64,000 nt of DNA from Spirochaetia bacterium. Lineage in GTDB: Bacteria > Spirochaetota > Spirochaetia > CAKZLE01. Numbering within the stretch: position 1 is the stretch's first letter; each line of letters opens with the position of its first letter. Under the pieces are notes generated by a model, which worked only from the letters and a program-made list of their open reading frames with translations, made no database searches and was not told the DNA's origin. Position numbers and translations under genes: made by a program. The DNA is taken from NCBI GenBank assembly GCA_963677595.1, contig OY782041.1, forward strand, positions 3,136,001 to 3,200,000, given 5' to 3'. Shown here in pieces: positions 48,684 through 57,515 of this stretch.

Positions 48684-49597
48684 GCACGATCCGTATAAAA
48701 GCGATGGGCTGCCATGAGGGGCAGGTGTTCCTGAACCTCTTCCATGCCATATTCCCGGAGGTCTCCGCCGGTGACGAGGAACTGATCGAGACTCTCTGGT
48801 GCGACACGAATGCTGAACAATCCATGACCCTCCTGGCAAAGGATGGTGAGACTGCTGTAGGGCTGACCCATGGGGCAGTCCATGATGGTACGCTCTACAT
48901 CGTAGCCCTGGGGGTTGCTCCAGACTACAGACGCAGAGGCATCGCCTCCCGCCTCCTTGATTACATGGTCGAAGCTGTGAAAGATCTCAAGGTCACGTCG
49001 ATGCGGGTCAGCGACTACCCTTACGGCTACATCCTTCCCGGGGTAGTGCAGCCTTCAGGTATCGCCTTCTTCACCGCTCACGGATTCGTCACGGAATCCC
49101 GACCCGTTGCCATGAGCCGGGACCTTGGAGGGTTCCACCCTGACTCGAAGGTATTCCTTAAGGAGCAGGAACTGCGCACCAGTGGCTATACATTCGACCG
49201 GTATGGACCGGACGATCTCCTGCAGACCATCGATTTCTTCGATCGGTGCATGCCTGCGGACTGGAAAGATATCGTGAAAGTCGGTTACAGTAGGGGAAAC
49301 TCTCGCCAGAACGGGATCTGCTGCCGTGACCCGGAAGGGAAGATGGTCGGGGCTGCATTCTACCACATGGTCGGACGGGACCCCTGCAGGTTCGGCCCGA
49401 TCGGGGTGGACCCGGAAACCAGGGGCCTGTCGATCGGGGCGATACTCCTCCATGAGTGCCTGCGCATGCAGTCGGACGAACACCTTGAGCGGTCCTATTT
49501 TCTGTGGTGCCATGAGGATTCGCCCGCATACCGCATGTACCGAAAGGTTGGGTTCGAGATCCGCTTCGAGATGCAGGTCATGAGCCGGGAGTTGTAA
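48680..49597 (+). CDS. Tandem GNAT N-acetyltransferase (GlmA-like)
   Basis: Two acetyl-CoA motifs, GVAPDYRRRGIAS and FGPIGVDPETRGLSIG, plus Y.KVGF. Confidence 0.85.
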   Translation: MSTIRIKAMGCHEGQVFLNLFHAIFPEVSAGDEELIETLWCDTNAEQSMTLLAKDGETAVGLTHGAVHDGTLYIVALGVAPDYRRRGIASRLLDYMVEAVKDLKVTSMRVSDYPYGYILPGVVQPSGIAFFTAHGFVTESRPVAMSRDLGGFHPDSKVFLKEQELRTSGYTFDRYGPDDLLQTIDFFDRCMPADWKDIVKVGYSRGNSRQNGICCRDPEGKMVGAAFYHMVGRDPCRFGPIGVDPETRGLSIGAILLHECLRMQSDEHLERSYFLWCHEDSPAYRMYRKVGFEIRFEMQVMSREL

Positions 49598-49611
49598 GAA
49601 GGGAGTCGATT

Positions 49612-50478
49612 ATGGAAAGTTCATTGTACCTGTTGAGGAAGCTCAGCGACAGCCAGGTGGAATCAGAGAAGAAGCTCGCGGGGTTCATCCTGGAGAATAC
49701 CCACCGCGTCATCAGCATGAGCATCACTGAACTTGCGGACCAGGCCGGGACCAGCGCAGCAGCGATCGTCAGACTGTGCAAGAAACTCGACCTCAAGGGC
49801 TTCCCGGAACTCCGTATCGCTATAGCGAAGGAGTTCTACTCCAAGCGCTACATCCACCCGACCGATGACAAGCGGGAGTCTCTTAACTATGACGGGGAAT
49901 CGACTGTCTCGGAGATCGTGTCGAACATGCTTGCAGTGGTCTCCAATGCCGTGGACAACATCGACAGGCTCGTGAGCAGGAAGAACATCGAGATCGTCGT
50001 GGAGAAGATCCGCAGCTGCCGTTCCATCCTGATCGGCGGGACTGGTGCGTCAGGGATCGCAGGCAGGGACTTCCACCAGAAGCTGACCAGGCTCGGCTAC
50101 CTCTCGATCTACAATGAGGATTCCGAGCTCCAGACGATCTCGGCTTGTACGCTGACGAAGCAGGACGTGATGGTTGCCTTCTCCTACTCCGGTGAGAAGA
50201 AGACCCTGATCAGGACCATCCAGGAAGCGAAGAAGAACGATGCCTATATCATCGCTATCACCAGGTTCAAGCAGACGAGCATCGCCAAGCTTGCAGACAC
50301 GGTGATCTATGTCCCGGATCTCGAATCCCTCTACCGTGAGGGGGCAACGGTGTCACGCCTCTGCCAGCTCGTCGTCATCGACCTGATCTTCTCCTCCCTG
50401 ATCGCCAGTGACTTCGAGAACTCCGTAAGCCTGCTTGACCAGACCTGGAGAGCGATCGATCACGAGATCACGGAATAG
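49612..50478 (+). CDS. MurR/RpiR-family transcriptional regulator
   Basis: SITELADQAGTSAAAIVRLCKKL..KGF.EL HTH; SIS domain G.GAS, FSYSGE, SRL.QL..IDL. Confidence 0.92.
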   Translation: MESSLYLLRKLSDSQVESEKKLAGFILENTHRVISMSITELADQAGTSAAAIVRLCKKLDLKGFPELRIAIAKEFYSKRYIHPTDDKRESLNYDGESTVSEIVSNMLAVVSNAVDNIDRLVSRKNIEIVVEKIRSCRSILIGGTGASGIAGRDFHQKLTRLGYLSIYNEDSELQTISACTLTKQDVMVAFSYSGEKKTLIRTIQEAKKNDAYIIAITRFKQTSIAKLADTVIYVPDLESLYREGATVSRLCQLVVIDLIFSSLIASDFENSVSLLDQTWRAIDHEITE

Positions 50479-50511
50479 GGGAAGTCGAATAACCACCAGA
50501 GGGGATGTCCG

Positions 50512-53500
50512 ATGCAAGCAGTATCCGTACGTGTGACTGAGAAGAAGATCCCGACCTATACCTGGGCGGAACCGGAAGAACTCCCTATGTTCGCGAAGAG
50601 CAGGGTCCACCAGAGACTGAGCGGCAATCCCTACCCGAACCGTATCGTCAACCAGGTGCGACGGGATGAACTCACAGATCGTCCCTATTCAGTCATCGAA
50701 CTTGAAAATGCGTTTCTCAAGCTCGAGATCATCCCTGAACTCGGCGGCAGGATCTTCAGCGCTTTGGACAAGAAGACCGGCTATGACTTCTTCTACCGCC
50801 AGCACGTGATCAAGCCAGCCCTGATAGGCATGCTCGGGCTGTGGGTATCTGGTGGTATGGAATTCAACTGGCCGGTACATCACAACCCGGCAACCTTCGC
50901 CCCGGTCGAGTATCGGGTCGAGCATGGGGATGATGGAGTCGTGACCGTATGGCTCGGCAGCCGGGACCCGATCGACCGCATAGCAGGGGAGATCGGTATC
51001 AGGGTAACCCCTGATACCGCATTCTTCGAGACAACGATCAAGATCACCAATACCCATGCCGTCCCGAAGAGCTTCATGTGGTGGGAGAACGCTGCCGTAC
51101 CGGTCAATGAGGAGTATGAGATATTCTTCCCCCACGACGTGACCTATGTGGACTTCCACTACAAGAAGACCCGCGGGGCCTTTCCCGTCATGGATAGCTG
51201 GTTTAATACCATGGACAACCGCGGCGGGAATGATATCAGGAAGCACCGGAACACCACGAGTGCTACCTCGTACTTCTGCGGGAAGACGAAGGGGGATTTC
51301 TTCGGCGGGTATGATCACGGGAAGCAGGCCGGGGTGATCCATTACGCCCCTCACCATACTTCGACCGGTGCGAAGATGTTCACCTGGGGGTATGGGCAGA
51401 TAGGCCGTTCCTGGGAGCGGGCCCTGACCGATACTGATGGCCCCTATGCTGAACTCATGGCTTCGAGCTACAGCGACAATCAGCCGGACCTCACCTGGCT
51501 CGAACCGTATGAGACGAAGCAGTTCAGCCAGTACTGGTACCCCTACCAGGGTATTGGACCGGTAGACTGCGCGAACCTCAGCATGGCAGTACGAGTAGAG
51601 AAGGGGAGACTGCTCGTCTACCCGACCAGGGACATCCCGCAGGTGGTGTTCAGTGCTGCAGGGGAGATAGTAACAGCTGACCTCACTGCTGCCGAGAGCC
51701 GGGAGTTCAGGATCCCCGGGCTTACCGAAGACAGCAGGGTGACTGTCACCGACCGTTCAGGGAGAGTCCTCCTGGATTACCGGAAACCTGAAGCTGGCTA
51801 TGATGTGCCGGAACCGAAGAGGGACTATCCCTACCCGGACGAGCTCCACGATGCCCAGGGCTGTTACCTGACAGGCCTGCACATAGCCCAGTACCGAGAC
51901 CCGGTGATGGCTTGCGAACCCTATTACCTTCGAGGACTGCAGATCCAAAAGGACCATTACCCCTGCATGGTAGGTCTTGCCAGGTTCCACATCGGGAGAC
52001 TGCAGTATGCGGAAGCCGAGCAGTATGCCCGGCAGGCAGTGGGTGTCCTGACGAGGTACAATGAGAACCCGGGGGACACGGAAGCCTTCACGCTGCTAGG
52101 CATTTCGCTCATGGTGCAGGACCGGTACGATGAGGCTTATGAGGTACTGAAGAAGGCTGTATGGAGTAGAACCCAGATCCCAGCGGCGGGCCTGCTGATA
52201 GCCAGGATCGACTGCATCAGGGGTGATTATAAAACAGCAGAGGAGACCCTGGCCTGGGTCCTCGACTATGGCGGACGAAATGTTCAGGCTGAGAACCTGC
52301 TTGCGATGATCTATAAGAGGAGCCGAAAGGAAGAAGCTTACCGTAAACAGCTCGAGCGATGCCTTGCGTTGGATCGGTTCAACCTCCTTGCCCTCCATGA
52401 GTCAGGCTCGCTGGACCTGCATAGCTGGAAGAATGACAAGGTCCAGGCTGCGCTGGACTTGGTCGAAGAGTATGCTGCTGCAGGCTTCACTGATGAGGCC
52501 TCTGAGGTCCTGGGAGAACTCGCAGATGCGTCACCCATGATCCCGGTACTCAGCGCATACCTGAACGATAAACCTCTTGATATCGAGCATATTCCAAGTG
52601 GTCCCTGCTTTCCCTCACGGGGCCTAGAGCTCAAAGCCCTGCGTTCTGCGCTTAAGCAGCACCCAGATGACCCGACGTTGAACCTCCTGCTCGGGGACCT
52701 GCTCTACGGGAAGTGCGATGATGCTGAAGCGGCACTTGGGTGCTTCAGGAAGGCCGGGGAGTTCCTTGAAGCTCGGAGGAACCTCGCCGTCGTGCTCCAC
52801 CGCCTGGACCGTGAGGATCCTGAACCGCTCCGGATCATGGGGGAGCTTGCCGAAGAGTACCCTGAAGACCTGCAGGTCCTCTATGAGTTCCAGCACCTGT
52901 GCTTCCTCAAACGTGAGGATCCTCTGAAGATGCTCTCATACTGGGAAGCTCGCAGGTCAGTCATGGCGCTCCGTGACGATACCTACCTGCAGGGAGTGCA
53001 GGCAGCCAATCGTGCAGGCCGGTTCGCATATGCCCTAGAGCTGCTGGAGGCCCATGAGTTCATCCCCTGCGAGGGAGGGGAGCATGCCGTAGCCGATGAG
53101 TACCTCCTGGCCAAGCTGGAGATCGGAAAGCAGCTTCTTAGGGAGAAAGAGTATAACAAAGCTGAAACTGTCTTCTCTTCAGCCCTGCAGATCCCGGAGA
53201 ACCTCGGGGGAGGGGTCTGGCACCAGGTGAAGCTGATCGCTTTCCTCTACTACCTGGGAGTGTGCTGTCGTGAGGCCGGGAGGGAGGAAGAAGCTGTTGC
53301 CTATTTCGAACAGGTGCTGGATTTCCCCACGGAGTACTTCACCGATATGTACAATCTCGAGCACCGGTACTATAAGGGACTGGCCCTGACTGCACTGGGA
53401 CGGGAAGAAGAGGGCAGGCAGGTCAGTAAAGCGTATGAGCAGCTGAGGGCGAAACAGGAGCGCAGGAATGCAGAGGGGTATCTGCGTCCGACTCCCTTCT

Positions 53501-53517
53501 TCAACAGCTTCCTCTAG
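50512..53517 (+). CDS. DUF5107 + TPR protein, possibly C-terminally truncated
   Basis: LENAFL...IPELGGRI, FFYRQHVIKPALIG..G.W.SGG.EFNWP.HH, GPYAELMA...DNQPD, then TPR-like helices and F.P.EGGE. Confidence 0.8.
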   Translation: MQAVSVRVTEKKIPTYTWAEPEELPMFAKSRVHQRLSGNPYPNRIVNQVRRDELTDRPYSVIELENAFLKLEIIPELGGRIFSALDKKTGYDFFYRQHVIKPALIGMLGLWVSGGMEFNWPVHHNPATFAPVEYRVEHGDDGVVTVWLGSRDPIDRIAGEIGIRVTPDTAFFETTIKITNTHAVPKSFMWWENAAVPVNEEYEIFFPHDVTYVDFHYKKTRGAFPVMDSWFNTMDNRGGNDIRKHRNTTSATSYFCGKTKGDFFGGYDHGKQAGVIHYAPHHTSTGAKMFTWGYGQIGRSWERALTDTDGPYAELMASSYSDNQPDLTWLEPYETKQFSQYWYPYQGIGPVDCANLSMAVRVEKGRLLVYPTRDIPQVVFSAAGEIVTADLTAAESREFRIPGLTEDSRVTVTDRSGRVLLDYRKPEAGYDVPEPKRDYPYPDELHDAQGCYLTGLHIAQYRDPVMACEPYYLRGLQIQKDHYPCMVGLARFHIGRLQYAEAEQYARQAVGVLTRYNENPGDTEAFTLLGISLMVQDRYDEAYEVLKKAVWSRTQIPAAGLLIARIDCIRGDYKTAEETLAWVLDYGGRNVQAENLLAMIYKRSRKEEAYRKQLERCLALDRFNLLALHESGSLDLHSWKNDKVQAALDLVEEYAAAGFTDEASEVLGELADASPMIPVLSAYLNDKPLDIEHIPSGPCFPSRGLELKALRSALKQHPDDPTLNLLLGDLLYGKCDDAEAALGCFRKAGEFLEARRNLAVVLHRLDREDPEPLRIMGELAEEYPEDLQVLYEFQHLCFLKREDPLKMLSYWEARRSVMALRDDTYLQGVQAANRAGRFAYALELLEAHEFIPCEGGEHAVADEYLLAKLEIGKQLLREKEYNKAETVFSSALQIPENLGGGVWHQVKLIAFLYYLGVCCREAGREEEAVAYFEQVLDFPTEYFTDMYNLEHRYYKGLALTALGREEEGRQVSKAYEQLRAKQERRNAEGYLRPTPFFNSFL

Positions 53518-53545
53518 AATCCGGATCTTTCAGAAGAATATTCGC

Positions 53546-53631
53546 AGTTTGTCGCACAGATACCGACAAACTGATAATTATTGTGAGTTTGTCGCATCAG
53601 AATCGACAAATTGAGGATACCGGTATATACT
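53546..53631 (+). repeat. Two palindromes AGTTTGTCG-N9-CGACAAAYT, 40 bp apart, overlapping a TCGACA-N17-TATACT promoter
   Basis: Copies at 53546-53572 and 53586-53612; -35 at 53603, -10 at 53626. Confidence 0.85.
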
Positions 53632-53637
53632 GTATCT

Positions 53638-54837
53638 ATGGTTATACGAGAGAGGATCCTGAAGAGACTGCGAAGGTACTATGAGTCTGAGATGATCAAG
53701 GTCATCATCGGGCCTCGAAGATGCGGGAAATCGGTCCTGCTGGGCCAGATAGCGGATGAGCTGGCTGCAGCCGGGGTCGCGGAAGACCGGCTGATCCGCA
53801 TCAATTTCGAGTCGGGACAGTCCCGGGATTATATCCTGGAGCCTGACAGCTTCTATGACCATATCGCATCGCTGATGGGAACTGACGGTAAACGATACCT
53901 GTTCTGTGATGAGATCCAGATGATGGAAGGGTTCGAGACGGTGATCAATGCCGTCCGTGTCGATTTCGATGTCAGTATATTCATCACCGGCTCGAACTCG
54001 AAAATGCTCTCAGGGGAGCTGGCAACCCATCTCGGCGGCAGGACCCTGCAGTTCCGCCTGACCCCGTTCTCCTTCGGGGAGTACCTTGCCTTACATGATG
54101 CTTCCCCCAGTACAGAACTCCTCCAGGAGTACATCCAGTGGGGAGGGTTCCCCATGGTCTGCAAAGGGGACGATGATGAGGATAAGCTCTTTGTCCTGCA
54201 GAACCTCAAGGACTCGATCTTCCTCCGTGACATCCTCCTGCGGAACAGGATAGCTGCCTCTGAGATCCTGGAGAGGATCTTGAGTTTCGTGGTAGGGAAC
54301 TCCTCCCTGACCGTATCGGTCAATACGATCAGGAAGGAACTCCAGAAGACCGGGGTGACCATCTCTCGTGACACGATCTACCGGTACCTTGATCTCTATG
54401 ACCAGGCGATGATCGTTGACCGGGTCAAACGCTATGACCTGAGGGGCAAGCAGGTGCTCTCGACCCAGGAGAAGTTCTATGCCTGTGATCTTAGCCTGGT
54501 CCGGTTGTACAAGAATCGGGTGAAGGATGAGATGAACGTCATGACAGAGACCCTGGTCTATCTTGAACTGGTTTCACGCGGATACCGGATCTATGTCGGG
54601 AAGACCTATAAGGGGGAGATCGATTTCATCATCGAGAACGAGGGTGGGAAGGCCTATGTCCAGGCTGCCTACCTGATGCCGACGGCCGAGGTCCGTGACC
54701 GTGAGTTCGGTGCCTTCTCCACCATAAAGGATGCCTACCCGAAATACGTCATCAGCTTCGACCCGATCTGCTCCGACCATGAGGGTGTCAGGCATATCGG
54801 GATGCTGGAGTTCCTCACCGGGTACCCATTGACCTGA
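53638..54837 (+). CDS. AAA_14 + DUF4143 ATPase
   Basis: IGPRRCGKS, FCDEIQ, ITGSNSKMLSGELAT, WGGFP, EKFYACD, EIDF...YVQAAY. Confidence 0.9.
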   Translation: MVIRERILKRLRRYYESEMIKVIIGPRRCGKSVLLGQIADELAAAGVAEDRLIRINFESGQSRDYILEPDSFYDHIASLMGTDGKRYLFCDEIQMMEGFETVINAVRVDFDVSIFITGSNSKMLSGELATHLGGRTLQFRLTPFSFGEYLALHDASPSTELLQEYIQWGGFPMVCKGDDDEDKLFVLQNLKDSIFLRDILLRNRIAASEILERILSFVVGNSSLTVSVNTIRKELQKTGVTISRDTIYRYLDLYDQAMIVDRVKRYDLRGKQVLSTQEKFYACDLSLVRLYKNRVKDEMNVMTETLVYLELVSRGYRIYVGKTYKGEIDFIIENEGGKAYVQAAYLMPTAEVRDREFGAFSTIKDAYPKYVISFDPICSDHEGVRHIGMLEFLTGYPLT

Positions 54838-54838
54838 G

Positions 54839-55939
54839 TCAAGCCCCAGCAAACTCCCTGACAGCCTCGCAGGCTGCCAGGACCGTCTCCATCGTCGTGT
54901 TGATATCCAGGGGGAGGGAGAGGACCTCCTCCTGGGCTCGTTCGCTCTCCGGGAGGTCTCCAGGTTTGCACCCGAGGTAGCTGAACGCCTGCTGCAGATG
55001 GAGTGACAGGGGATAGTAGATACCGAAGGGAATCCCCTTCTCCTGAAGGTGGGCAGAAAGTCCTGCACGGTCATCAGTCCTGATGGTGTAGTGGGTGTAG
55101 CCGCGCGTGATGTAGGGTTCATGGCAGGGGATGGTGATCCCCGCAAGGTCCCTCAGGTGTGCATCATAGGTGTCATGCAGGACTTTGAGGGAATCAAGCT
55201 GACGCTCGAAATACTTCAGCTGGACGTGGAGGACCGCTGCCTGGATCGTGTCGAGCCTCGTAGAGAAGCCCGGGAACTCATGGTAGTACTTCTCCCTGCT
55301 CCCGTGGTTGCGGATCATCCTGATCCGCTCGGCGTACTCGTCGCTGTCCGTGGTGATCAGCCCCGCATCCCCGAACGAGCCCATCGGCTTGGTAGGGTAG
55401 AACGAGTAGCCGGCAAGGTCGCCGAAGGACCCTGCCGCCTTCCCCTTGTAGGTGGCCCCGAAGGCTTGGCAGGCGTCCTCGATCATGATGAGGCGGTTAC
55501 TGCTGCAAAGCTCGAGCAGCGGCTCCATCCTGGCAGGGAAGCCGTACATGTGGGCGGGGATGACAGCCTTCGTCTTCTTCGTGATCTTAGCCTCACATGA
55601 GGCCGCGTCAAGGTTGAACGTGAGGGGGTCTATATCGGCGAAGACCGGGGTCCCGCCCGCAAGGACGACCGCAGCCGCATCGGATGCGAAGCAGAATGCC
55701 GGGAGGATGACCTCATCCCCCCGACCGATCCCGATGACCGCAAGGGCTATGCGGAAGGCGTCCGTCCCGGAGTTTATCCCAATAGCATGGTTCACCCCGA
55801 GGAAGTGAGCGACCTCCTTCTCGAACAGGGCCACATCCTCCCCGAGGATGAAGTCCTTCCGGTCGATGACCCGGTCGATTCGCTCCTTAGCTTCCAACAT
55901 GATCACAGATGAGAGAACGTGAGAAGATGTGTCTTGCAT
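54839..55939 (-). CDS. DegT/DnrJ/EryC1/StrS PLP-dependent aminotransferase
   Basis: FILG..V..FE, NSGTDA, GDEVI.P, IEDACQA.GA, SFYPTKPMG.FGDAG, RLDTIQAA, LSLP. Start uncertain. Confidence 0.9.
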   Translation of the reverse strand: MQDTSSHVLSSVIMLEAKERIDRVIDRKDFILGEDVALFEKEVAHFLGVNHAIGINSGTDAFRIALAVIGIGRGDEVILPAFCFASDAAAVVLAGGTPVFADIDPLTFNLDAASCEAKITKKTKAVIPAHMYGFPARMEPLLELCSSNRLIMIEDACQAFGATYKGKAAGSFGDLAGYSFYPTKPMGSFGDAGLITTDSDEYAERIRMIRNHGSREKYYHEFPGFSTRLDTIQAAVLHVQLKYFERQLDSLKVLHDTYDAHLRDLAGITIPCHEPYITRGYTHYTIRTDDRAGLSAHLQEKGIPFGIYYPLSLHLQQAFSYLGCKPGDLPESERAQEEVLSLPLDINTTMETVLAACEAVREFAGA

Positions 55940-56009
55940 ACCGTGTGCCCTCGATTCATACATATCGTGCTTCTTTTCTGTTATGGGTCGTGCCGTACTG
56001 GCAGGGGGC

Positions 56010-56035
56010 AAATGCCGGCCTGTGGAGGCCGGCAT
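56010..56035. terminator. Stem-loop downstream of the APC permease
   Basis: AATGCCGGCCT-gtgg-AGGCCGGCATT. Confidence 0.5.
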
Positions 56036-56062
56036 TGACCTGTGGTAACTGAGTCAGAAGGT

Positions 56063-57493
56063 CTAGTATTCCTTCTCCCCATCGGGAGTCATCATCCATA
56101 CCTTCTCTTTCGGCCACTTCACGAAGTACATCCAGAGATAGAGCACGACGCCGAGACCGAGGTAGACGCAGAGGGTGAGCCATGCGTCCTTTCCAAGACC
56201 GACGGTACAGAGACCGACGATGCCGCCTGCGATGATGAGTGCGAACACCCTGAAGCCCTGGCCGCCTTTCAGCTTATAGGGCCTGTCCCACTGCGGGTGC
56301 TTCATGGCGATCCTGATCGCGGAGATCATGGTCATGAAGTATGCGGTGGAGCATCCGAGGGCCATGATCGAGTAGAACCCAGCCAGGTAGGAGGATGCAT
56401 TGGAGACGAAGAGGAATACGACCGAGATGGCAAGGATGAGGATGTTGGGGACGATAGGCTGCTGCTTCTTGTTGAGCTTGGTGAATGCCTTAGGCAGGAA
56501 GTTCTGCCGTCCCATAGCGAAGAAGAGCCGTACGGTCGAGATCCAGAACCCGAGGATACAGGTCCCGATGGTGAACAGGACCGCGGTGATCCCGAAGAAG
56601 AAGGCATAGGCCGACCAGCCGAACTGGTTGGCGATGACCTCCAGGGCAACGAAGGGGTCCATGGTCGCATGGGTCAGGTTCTGCCAGGTATCCATACCGG
56701 CGAGGCAGAAGAAGAAGAAGGTATAGAGCGTACCGCAGGTGATGACTGAACCAAGGATAGCCTTCCTGGAATCCTTGATCGGGAAGTTCCCTTCCTCGAC
56801 CAGCTGCGGGACCGTCTCGAACCCGAAGTAGGGGGTGACGATCAAGGCCGTACCGATGACCCACCCTTTTATACCGATGAAGCCTGCAGCCTCCGGGTTA
56901 TGTACCGACTGGAAAAACGGTACGAGGTTGGAGAAATGCCAGTGACCCGATACCAGGAAGATGACACCGGTGAGGGTCACGCCTATGAGGGCGGCAAAGA
57001 GCATGAAGGTCTGGATCTGTCCCGACAGGTTGATGTCGCTCAGGCTCAGGACCGTGTAGAGGATCAGGACCAGGATGCCGACCGTGACGGTGGTCGTGTA
57101 GCCCCAGTTCAGCTTGAACGCATAGTTGATCCAGTCAAGGATCCCCATGACCGCTGCAGGCGGTACGGCGATCCATGCTGCCATGATCATCCAGGAGGCT
57201 ACGAACCCGAAGGTCTTGTTCGTCCCGATGGTGTTGTACACCAGCTCAGCTCCCGTGTAGGGGAGCATAGGTGTCAGCTCGCAGTAGACGAACGCGATAG
57301 GGAGCACAAGCAGCGTCATCAACGCGAACGAGAGGAACGTCGCCGGGCCGGAACCCCCGAGGAATACACCGTCCCAGTAACCGATGAATGTGAGTATAGC
57401 GCCCGTTGCAAGGGCGTATACAAACAGCAGTCGAAGACTTTTCTTCAGTTTCCCAGTCTTCTCCATACGTGAACCAGTCTGTTCAGTACTCAT
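56063..57493 (-). CDS. APC-family amino acid permease
   Basis: About 12 TM segments, GAI, YCEL, YFGFE...EE, R..FAMGR..LP..F.KL, RPYK. Confidence 0.9.
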   Translation of the reverse strand: MSTEQTGSRMEKTGKLKKSLRLLFVYALATGAILTFIGYWDGVFLGGSGPATFLSFALMTLLVLPIAFVYCELTPMLPYTGAELVYNTIGTNKTFGFVASWMIMAAWIAVPPAAVMGILDWINYAFKLNWGYTTTVTVGILVLILYTVLSLSDINLSGQIQTFMLFAALIGVTLTGVIFLVSGHWHFSNLVPFFQSVHNPEAAGFIGIKGWVIGTALIVTPYFGFETVPQLVEEGNFPIKDSRKAILGSVITCGTLYTFFFFCLAGMDTWQNLTHATMDPFVALEVIANQFGWSAYAFFFGITAVLFTIGTCILGFWISTVRLFFAMGRQNFLPKAFTKLNKKQQPIVPNILILAISVVFLFVSNASSYLAGFYSIMALGCSTAYFMTMISAIRIAMKHPQWDRPYKLKGGQGFRVFALIIAGGIVGLCTVGLGKDAWLTLCVYLGLGVVLYLWMYFVKWPKEKVWMMTPDGEKEY

Positions 57494-57515
57494 ACTTTAC
57501 TCCTTTTCTCAAATT

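Noticed and set aside
54839-55939. Polysaccharide biosynthesis locus around the DegT aminotransferase
   Set aside because: No glycosyltransferase, nucleotide-sugar or flippase genes are adjacent.
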